DNA of 60,380 nt, counting the filler. It is 3 parts of 3 records of this genome, joined end to end, with 100 filler letters (N's around TTAATTAATTAA, not from the genome) between each part and the next. Parts side by side here need not be neighbours in the genome. Positions count along the whole stretch, not along the records: positions 43,303 to 60,380 come from SRR20825019_2025; 2 more parts are not named here. The stretch is one strand, 5' to 3'. Below the pieces are notes generated by a model that worked only from the letters and a program-made list of their open reading frames with translations, was not told the origin of the DNA and searched no databases. Of this stretch, positions 53,542 through 60,380 are shown one piece after another; positions within the stretch are counted from its first letter, which is position 1, and each line of letters begins with the position of its first letter. The position numbers and the translations under genes were made by a program.

Positions 53542-54332
53542 TTTTCCGCTTTGAAAACCTTAAACATAGCATCATTTTTAATGGTTAAATTTCCAGAAGG
53601 ATCAAAAGTAGCATCATAACTATCTCCAGAAGTATCCATATACTTCACTACTTTATCCAACACTATTATTTTGCCCTTTAAAAGTAGCCCATCAGCTGCA
53701 CTTGTAGATTCTTCATATAGGGAATAGCCATCTGCAGTTTTACGAAGCAGAAATGTTTTTCCTGAACTAGAATAGTTTGAAAATTTTGATTCTGGAAGTA
53801 TATTTCCTGAAACATTTGAAATATTTGGTCTAACAACCTTTGAAATAACCTCCGTTTTTATTGTCTCTTCTACTGCAGGAGCATTGGCGGTATCCGCTAA
53901 TAAAACAACATCTTTTTGTTTTACACCCATTCCTTCAATACTTGAGAATGCTTTTCGCAATGCATCTTGGTATGATTTATCAAATTCCTTATACTTACTT
54001 CTCCCCTCAGTACTTCTATAAATTTCAACATCGTTACAATCCTTAATAACGATTTGAAGCTTTGTTCCTAAAATCATTTTTAGTTTTTCAACATTTGCAT
54101 ACAATCCATCACAACGGTTGGCATTAGGAGCCAATTCACTCAAATAAGCATTATAACCATTTTTTTCAAAATAAAATTTTGTCATTGAATTCAATTGAAA
54201 TTGATCTTTTTCATTTAAAAAATCAAACTGATCAGGAACAATGATATAACTATAGTCACTTAAATTTTTATTTTGTGAAAACGTATTTAAAGTAAGTAAT
54301 ATTGAAATAAAAAGTAAAAAAAATCGTGTCAT
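53538..54332 (-). CDS. Secreted hypothetical protein
   Basis: Signal peptide; YIIVPDQFDF...GRSKYKEFDKSYQDALR. Confidence 0.7.
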   Translation of the reverse strand: MTRFFLLFISILLTLNTFSQNKNLSDYSYIIVPDQFDFLNEKDQFQLNSMTKFYFEKNGYNAYLSELAPNANRCDGLYANVEKLKMILGTKLQIVIKDCNDVEIYRSTEGRSKYKEFDKSYQDALRKAFSSIEGMGVKQKDVVLLADTANAPAVEETIKTEVISKVVRPNISNVSGNILPESKFSNYSSSGKTFLLRKTADGYSLYEESTSAADGLLLKGKIIVLDKVVKYMDTSGDSYDATFDPSGNLTIKNDAMFKVFKAEN

Positions 54333-55744
54333 TCTTCGTCTATAATAATGTTAAAACCTAGTTGTAAAGATACACTTTTTGCTTTTGCCAAGTTGCCATA
54401 TTTTAGGAGGTTATCAGCCGCTACATAAAAATTTAAATTTCCAATTGTAGTAACTACTCCTAGCCCTACGTTAGAAACTGAATAAGAATCTAGAGTATAG
54501 GTAGCTTTGGTGGACAAAAACTCAGACAATCTTCTATGATAATAGAATGTACCTGCCATTTGAGCGCCTTTTGGTCTAAAAACAGAATAGAATTGAAAAC
54601 CTATATTGTGTTTATATAAATTTCCGTTGTCCATATTAAGGCAATCACAGGCACCTGAGGAATTGAAAAACCCAAACCCATAATTAATTCCTGCATTAAG
54701 TTTAACAGGTCGCATTTGAGTATATCCACTATAAATCGTATCAATTGGAAATTCTCGCTCTAGTTCGTCTTCTAGGTCTTCATAATATGGAAACGTAGTT
54801 TCTCCTTGATTTAAAGGCGGAAAAAGTAAGTTTATTCCATCTAAGGTGTAGTTTCCGTGTGCAGCATATGTTTCTACATCATTTGAATGAAATATAGCAC
54901 CAAGATCTAAAGCACTAGCAGAAACGCTTAAAGCGCTTGTTATATCATAATTAAAACCTAAATCTACTCCTACTCCAATATTACCTCCAAAAAGAGTCCT
55001 TCCCAATATTTCACTAACTATCTGGGATGAATTATCCATTTCACTTAAAGATGCAATACCAGAGGTTTGTACACTTATATTTGCATTTTTCACAGTATGT
55101 TCATATATGTTTTCAGAATTTTCATCACCTAAAGTAGTAACAAAAGTTCCGTAATTATTTACACTTCGAAAACTAGCCATACTTGAATATAGCTTAAAAC
55201 GAATACCAAGATTCAATTTATTAGTAATCTGTTTGTTGAGTCCGAAATGATAAACAGTTAAAAAATCGCCTGTAGTGCTAATCTCTCCAAAATTAAATTC
55301 ATAATCTAAATAGTCTCGATTTCCTTGCCAAGTAAGAATTGCTAAATCTCTTGGGAAGTAAAAAATAAAATCAAATTCCTGATAAATTCCTCCAGAAAAG
55401 TAAATTTCATTCTGAGCTCTCCAACCGAAATTTATAAGTTCTAATTGTTGTGTAGCAGTAAAAAAATCAGTGTTTTTCATTTCGAATATTTTTTCGGTTA
55501 TCCGATCATTTATATCATCAGTACCTTCTTTAAATATATCATACACTGAAACACCTGAAGAGCCACCATTAAAATGCAGCTGTGAAAAAAAAGGAATGCC
55601 ATAATGTTTTTTCTGAGACACTTTAGTACCAGGATTAAGCATAAGCGATTGTGGCACATCATCAAATCCATATAGTATTTGCTTATTTTGAGAAACAGCA
55701 AACCCTCCTATTAGGCAAAAAATATAAACAAGGATATAACGCAT
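54329..55744 (-). CDS. DUF5723-family outer-membrane beta-barrel-like protein
   Basis: Signal peptide, PQSLMLNP, alternating aromatic beta strands, SLQLGFNII end. Confidence 0.75.
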   Translation of the reverse strand: MRYILVYIFCLIGGFAVSQNKQILYGFDDVPQSLMLNPGTKVSQKKHYGIPFFSQLHFNGGSSGVSVYDIFKEGTDDINDRITEKIFEMKNTDFFTATQQLELINFGWRAQNEIYFSGGIYQEFDFIFYFPRDLAILTWQGNRDYLDYEFNFGEISTTGDFLTVYHFGLNKQITNKLNLGIRFKLYSSMASFRSVNNYGTFVTTLGDENSENIYEHTVKNANISVQTSGIASLSEMDNSSQIVSEILGRTLFGGNIGVGVDLGFNYDITSALSVSASALDLGAIFHSNDVETYAAHGNYTLDGINLLFPPLNQGETTFPYYEDLEDELEREFPIDTIYSGYTQMRPVKLNAGINYGFGFFNSSGACDCLNMDNGNLYKHNIGFQFYSVFRPKGAQMAGTFYYHRRLSEFLSTKATYTLDSYSVSNVGLGVVTTIGNLNFYVAADNLLKYGNLAKAKSVSLQLGFNIIIDEE

Positions 55745-55745
55745 T

Positions 55746-56294
55746 CTAGTTTTTTTCGAAAAAATATGTTGTTTTGGATTTCAGGTTTAAAGTTCCATCA
55801 AGATTTTCTTCAGAAGAAGGAATGGTTACCGAAACCACAACTTTATTTGCTTTTGTAAGCTCTAAAATGTCTTCGCCCGCAACGTTATGAAAAAATTCTG
55901 TAATAACTGGTTTAGCTAGTGTACCTGTATTTACGGATGTCGCTGTAACATATGTAGTATCATTAAATTCACTTAAAAACTGAAAGTCTACATGAAAACT
56001 TCGTGGAATACTATTAGTGAATTTAAAATAAAATTCCGCCCGAATTAAGTTATCTTGAATTGAGCTATCATCCAAAAATTTAATTTCAGTAGTGTCACGA
56101 ACAGTAAGAATTGGCGTTGCATTTATTGAATCATAAAAATTAGCAGCTGGAAGATTAAAATAAATTAAATCCAATTCAACTATTGGAGCTAAAGTAACAT
56201 CATCTGCTTGTTCAAAATCTGTATCTTGAATACAAGCAGTGAAAAAAAAACATGCGCAAACCAAAAAAACTGAAAATTTAATGATTTTATCCAT
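55746..56294 (-). CDS. Hypothetical lipoprotein
   Basis: Lipobox FTAC; tightly coupled to the DUF5723 gene. Confidence 0.7.
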   Translation of the reverse strand: MDKIIKFSVFLVCACFFFTACIQDTDFEQADDVTLAPIVELDLIYFNLPAANFYDSINATPILTVRDTTEIKFLDDSSIQDNLIRAEFYFKFTNSIPRSFHVDFQFLSEFNDTTYVTATSVNTGTLAKPVITEFFHNVAGEDILELTKANKVVVSVTIPSSEENLDGTLNLKSKTTYFFEKN

Positions 56295-56342
56295 AAATAG
56301 GTAGTTTACTTGATGTTAACGCAATTTTACATTAGATTATTA

Positions 56343-57032
56343 CTATAAATAATTTTTAATTTCGTAAAGTTCATTAATAGCAATGTAGGGTGTTTCTATG
56401 ACTTCATTTCTATAATTAAAAAACAAAGTGTGCATTCCTGCTTTATTTGCACCCATAATATCTGCTTCAAGACTGTCGCCAATCATTATACTCTTTTCAG
56501 CCATGGCGGAAGCTTTTTTTAAAGCTGTTTGAAACACGAGTGGGTGTGGTTTTTTTAAACCTATCTCTTCAGAAGTTGTAACGGTTGAAAAATATTTTTT
56601 AATACCGCTATTTTGTAATTTTAAATGCTGCACGGTTTCAAAACCATTTGTTATAATATGAAGCTTGTATTTGCTTGAAAGGTAATTTAGAATATCAATG
56701 GTGTCTACAAAAAGATGATTGTCCACAGGAAGTTCTTCAATATAACTATCTGCAAGCGCATCGATGGTTTCCATTGGGTATTGTACTTTAAAAATATCAA
56801 AAGTTTCGGTTAACCGTCCTCTTCTAAGTTCTTCTTTTGTAACACGTTCTTCTCTAAATTTTTTCCAATACACTAGATTTATTGGTTCATATTCTTTTAA
56901 AAAATCAGTTAACGACAGATCAATATTGTGCTTTCTAAAAACACGTTCAAACGCCAAACTAGAATTTCGATCAAAGTCCCATAAGGTATGGTCTAAATCA
57001 AAAAAAACATCTGTTATTTCAGTTTTAAGCAT
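56343..57032 (-). CDS. yjjG: YjjG-family HAD noncanonical pyrimidine nucleotidase
   Basis: FFDLDHTLWDF, IITNGF, KKPHP, MIGDSLEADIMGA. Confidence 0.9.
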   Translation of the reverse strand: MLKTEITDVFFDLDHTLWDFDRNSSLAFERVFRKHNIDLSLTDFLKEYEPINLVYWKKFREERVTKEELRRGRLTETFDIFKVQYPMETIDALADSYIEELPVDNHLFVDTIDILNYLSSKYKLHIITNGFETVQHLKLQNSGIKKYFSTVTTSEEIGLKKPHPLVFQTALKKASAMAEKSIMIGDSLEADIMGANKAGMHTLFFNYRNEVIETPYIAINELYEIKNYL

Positions 57033-58317
57033 ATTCTTGTAATTTTTCTGAAAAAATATTTCGCCACACTTTATTATTTTCTGTAGCTGAAAGGTCTTTA
57101 TTTGAAAAAATCATTGTGAAAGTTCCATTTACTTCTTCCACAGATTTTATAAGTCTGTACACCGTTTTTTCTATATCGGATGCATATTTTTTCTGAAATG
57201 CAAGTGTGGTCATGGCAGCAGGATGGACAATTAAAGGGGTTTTAATTTCATAGTCCAAATCATAAAAAAGAAAAGGTGTACAAGTTCCCGCTCGAAAACC
57301 TACAGTGTCACGAAAAACCATTGTAAAATCACGTTTTACCTCTAGCTCAACCAAATGACGATATATATCAGGTAGGTTTACTAAATATTCAGAATTCATA
57401 GAATTGGAGAGCTTACGGTTGGTAATTTCTTCAATTCTGCGTTTTTCGCTTTTTAGCATTTCATAATCACAGAGTGAATTAAACGAAAAAATAAGTCCAA
57501 CTTCTTTATAATCTGAAACGTATTTAATAAGTAATTTAAATTTTTGACGGTGGGTATTCATACTTTCATTAAAGGACAATGAATTACCTAAAAGAAAGAA
57601 AATTGTAAAATTGAAATCACTCCTTGTAGCTTTGTTCACGATCCATTTAAAAGTATCTAATGGATCACGTTTTAAGCCTAAAATAACTTGTGTTCTAGTA
57701 AAAATGCTTCGTAATTTACCTTTAAATAAGCTATTTACATACCCCACTATGGAACGGAACAATCCTTTCTGTTTATATGCATATGGTTGGGCTGCTTCAA
57801 TTACAGGGTGGATTTCAATCTTTTTTTCGGGAAACTTCATCTCAGGAAAAGCTTCCAAAAGTTTAGACTTAAACAAATATGCCCAAATATCTACAATGGG
57901 TTGTTGAAGAAAACCTTCTTTTAACGCCAGACTTTCAGAAGCCATAAAACGTCCTAATTCATCTTTTACGTGCGGCAAATACTCTTCGTAACGCGTTATC
58001 ATATAAAAGCTAGACGAAAAAATATCAAAAGGAAGGCCACTCGTATTTGAAACGGCAAAAAAACCATAGGTTTCACCCCATTTTTTTACAGTAACTTCAA
58101 AAGATTCAAGACCTTGTTGCTCTAATAACCCATGACTTTGAAAAAAAAGCTCATTTCCTAAGGGCTTTTTTCCATAGGAAATTTTAGGGCCATTATGCGC
58201 GATAAACTCTTCAATTACCGAAGTAAAAATAACATCGACACCTAAAATTCGCAGACAAATGTGCTTAAAAATATAAGATATTCTAGGAGTAATTTTTTGG
58301 GTGTAGATTAATAACAT
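57025..58317 (-). CDS. Polysaccharide deacetylase-like (DUF7033) protein
   Basis: MLLIYT..ITPRISY, FDIFSSSFYMITRYEEY, GFRAGTCTPFLFYDL. Confidence 0.7.
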   Translation of the reverse strand: MLLIYTQKITPRISYIFKHICLRILGVDVIFTSVIEEFIAHNGPKISYGKKPLGNELFFQSHGLLEQQGLESFEVTVKKWGETYGFFAVSNTSGLPFDIFSSSFYMITRYEEYLPHVKDELGRFMASESLALKEGFLQQPIVDIWAYLFKSKLLEAFPEMKFPEKKIEIHPVIEAAQPYAYKQKGLFRSIVGYVNSLFKGKLRSIFTRTQVILGLKRDPLDTFKWIVNKATRSDFNFTIFFLLGNSLSFNESMNTHRQKFKLLIKYVSDYKEVGLIFSFNSLCDYEMLKSEKRRIEEITNRKLSNSMNSEYLVNLPDIYRHLVELEVKRDFTMVFRDTVGFRAGTCTPFLFYDLDYEIKTPLIVHPAAMTTLAFQKKYASDIEKTVYRLIKSVEEVNGTFTMIFSNKDLSATENNKVWRNIFSEKLQEYA

Positions 58318-58323
58318 AAAAGG

Positions 58324-59046
58324 TTACAGCATATTTTCATCAGCAAAGCTAAAATACGCTTTTTCAGTAATAATAAGGTGATCCAACACTTTTATGTCTA
58401 AACTTTCACCAGCAGTTTTTAACTTTTTTGTAAGTTGAATGTCTGATTGACTAGGTTTCAAAGTACCTGAAGGATGGTTATGAGCCAAAATAATACCGAC
58501 GGCACCAAGCTGCAAAGCCTCTTTAAAAGTTAAACGAACATCGACAATAGTTCCGGTAATTCCTCCTTTACTTAATTGAGCGCTTTTTATAATTTTGTTT
58601 GAGTTATTCAGATAAAGGATCCAAAACTCTTCATGTGGAAGTTCCCCAATTATAGGCTGAATATATTCAAATACGGAATTGCTAGAGGTGATTTTTTTTC
58701 GCTCTAAAGCTTCACCTGCTCGTCGTCTACGGCCTAATTCCATCGCAGCTATAATACTAATTGCTTTTGCTTCACCTATACCTTTAAATTTCAATAAATC
58801 GGAAATAGAAAGCCTTCCTAATTCACTTAAATTATTACCAACAGTGGCTAAAATACGCTGGCTTAAAGAAACTGCACTTTCGTTACGACTTCCTGAACTA
58901 ATAAGAATAGCAATAAGTTCTGCATCGCTAAGCGCCGCGTGGCCTTTTAGCAATAATTTTTCGCGAGGGCGATCGTCTTCGTTCCAATTTTTAATGGAAA
59001 AGAAATTATTTTCTTCCACGATAATGTATTTTCTTAAAGATAACAA
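58324..59046 (-). CDS. radC: RadC family JAB-domain protein
   Basis: DRPREKL, LSDAELIAIL, GIGEAKA, AHNHPSG..PS..D, LDHLII. Confidence 0.93.
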   Translation of the reverse strand: MLSLRKYIIVEENNFFSIKNWNEDDRPREKLLLKGHAALSDAELIAILISSGSRNESAVSLSQRILATVGNNLSELGRLSISDLLKFKGIGEAKAISIIAAMELGRRRRAGEALERKKITSSNSVFEYIQPIIGELPHEEFWILYLNNSNKIIKSAQLSKGGITGTIVDVRLTFKEALQLGAVGIILAHNHPSGTLKPSQSDIQLTKKLKTAGESLDIKVLDHLIITEKAYFSFADENML

Positions 59047-59150
59047 TCAAATAACGAAACAATATATGTTTTTACTAAAAGCAACCTTAAATTGCTTAAA
59101 GTTAAGCAATAATAAATACCTTTACTTTAAATACTCTAAATTATTAAACA

Positions 59151-59591
59151 ATGAAATCACTTTTTGAAACTGAATCCTTTAACGAAATAACAGAAAGATT
59201 AAATACGCTTTCAACAGCAAGTGAACGCAAATGGGGAAAGATGGATGTTGCTCAGATGCTTTATCATTGCCAGCAACCATTAAATGTTTCTTTAGGGAAA
59301 GAAAACTTAAAAAAGCAATTTTTCCCTTTAGCATTTTTATTTAAAAAATCACTCTACAACGATAAACCTTGGAAGCAAAACTTACCTACCGCAAAATCGT
59401 TTGTTATTAAAGAAAGTAAGGAATTTGAAACTGAAAAAAATGAACTCGAAAAATTAGTAACACAATTTCATGCAAAGAAAAACGAAACTGAATGGACGCC
59501 ACACCCACTTTTTGGGAAATTTACGCCACAACAATGGGGACAAATGCAGTACAAACATTTAGACCATCACTTAAAACAGTTTGGAGCGTAA
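59151..59591 (+). CDS. DUF1569/DinB-superfamily protein
   Basis: WGKMDVAQMLYHC, HPLFG, KHLDHHLKQFG. Confidence 0.85.
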   Translation: MKSLFETESFNEITERLNTLSTASERKWGKMDVAQMLYHCQQPLNVSLGKENLKKQFFPLAFLFKKSLYNDKPWKQNLPTAKSFVIKESKEFETEKNELEKLVTQFHAKKNETEWTPHPLFGKFTPQQWGQMQYKHLDHHLKQFGA

Positions 59592-59621
59592 CGGAATACA
59601 TTTTGAAGTTTCTTATAAAAC

Positions 59622-59673
59622 AAAATGCTTCACTTACAAATACAAGCTAACTTGATTTGATGTGAAGCATTTT
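59622..59673. terminator. Long hairpin, probable bidirectional terminator
   Basis: aaaatgcttcac...caaat-acaag-ctaa-cttg-atttg...gtgaagcatttt. Confidence 0.7.
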
Positions 59674-59675
59674 TT

Positions 59676-59699
59676 TGTGACCGCGAAGGGATTCAAACC
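59676..59699 (-). mobile_element. tRNA-Arg 3' fragment (T-loop and acceptor strand), probable att site of an integrated element extending rightwards
   Basis: Minus strand GGTTTGAATCCCTTCGCGGTCACA. The adjacent sequence does not continue as a tRNA, and AT-rich ORF-poor DNA follows to the window end. Confidence 0.65.
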
Positions 59700-60380
59700 T
59701 TTCCTCCATAGCATTAGGTTTTATTAGGTTTCAAGATAATAATTGGGTTAGGTAACCGAATTACTACCTTTAAAATTGAAAGAAATTGTCATCTATTGAC
59801 TTTCATTCTGATTGTAAAGATACAACTCACACAGTTTTAAAACAAAAACAAACGCTTTAAACATATATAAATTCAAAGAACTATTTTTTATAAGTGTACC
59901 TTAAAATAAGAGATATATTCATCTTCATGAAAAATTAATTTTATATTTAAAACAAATAAAATTAATGCGACAAACCCAATATCTTCCACTCACCTTTTAC
60001 GAAGTAACTTTTCTATATTTTTTTAATTGAAAATCATTTTTACTAAAAAATCCGTGAAAAATTTGCCTATTAATAGACTGTTTGCAGTTTTTTCACGAAA
60101 ATTTACTAAAAAGTAAATTTGCAAACAATTATAAAAGACTAAAAACAAATGATTTAAAAAATATAACATCGCGCAGCGTGTTATCCTCTTGCTTTACAAA
60201 TTTTTTCCGCTACGCTCCAAAAAAGTAAACAAAATACAAACTAAAACAAACATAAATTTATAGCTAAACATTTTAGTTTTTAATATCGAATACCTTCTAA
60301 ATTTAAAGGAGAATAAAAAAAGGAAGATTATTTTTAGCTCAAAACAAAACGATTTACTTATTATATCCAGAGCGTTTTCC

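Noticed and set aside
58324-59046. radC as a mobile-element or anti-restriction gene
   Set aside because: Full-length chromosomal type in a housekeeping run with yjjG, on the chromosomal side of the att-like site.
59676-59760. Complete tRNA gene
   Set aside because: Only the 3' ~24 nt are tRNA-like; no anticodon arm, D-arm or complementary 5' acceptor strand.

Overview
The window joins three contigs with N spacers that carry an artificial TTAATTAATTAA linker (29963-30061, 43203-43302). Contig 1 (1-29962) comes from a compact, probably flagellated unicellular eukaryote with mostly 44-62 nt GT-AG introns. Its ten genes alternate strictly + / -, with very short convergent gaps and a very GC-rich island at every divergent junction. 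They encode an ankyrin-repeat class II HDAC, an RCC1-repeat protein, a coiled-coil (TACC-like?) protein, a secreted LamG protein with inserted CPW-WPC modules, a Tim17-family protein, a CIMIP1/LLC1-like ciliary protein missed by the ORF track, a long cytidine deaminase, a meiotic Hop1-like HORMA protein, a KY-type Ig-repeat protein and a 5'-truncated IP3R/RyR-like channel with a non-canonical pore. Contigs 2 and 3 (30062-43202, 43303-60380) are AT-rich Flavobacteriaceae DNA. They carry a CusA-TolC/MFP/Fur/P1B-ATPase heavy-metal locus, MFS, DedA/YqaA, DUF1456, a RpoD-like sigma fragment, an rpsL fragment, an Omp85-like gene, susCD, rlmB, rhomboid, rarA, yjjG and radC, and end at a tRNA-Arg 3' fragment that looks like a genomic-island attachment site. 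The best candidate for an undescribed system is an unannotated microprotein operon at 40930-41413. It has an ECF-sigma-type promoter, two paralogous 28-aa peptides spaced exactly 120 nt apart that share MRTL...SKxYxWNxKRRF[R/K], a third 42-aa MKTL peptide and a terminator. All family calls come from recognising motifs by eye, not from database searches.
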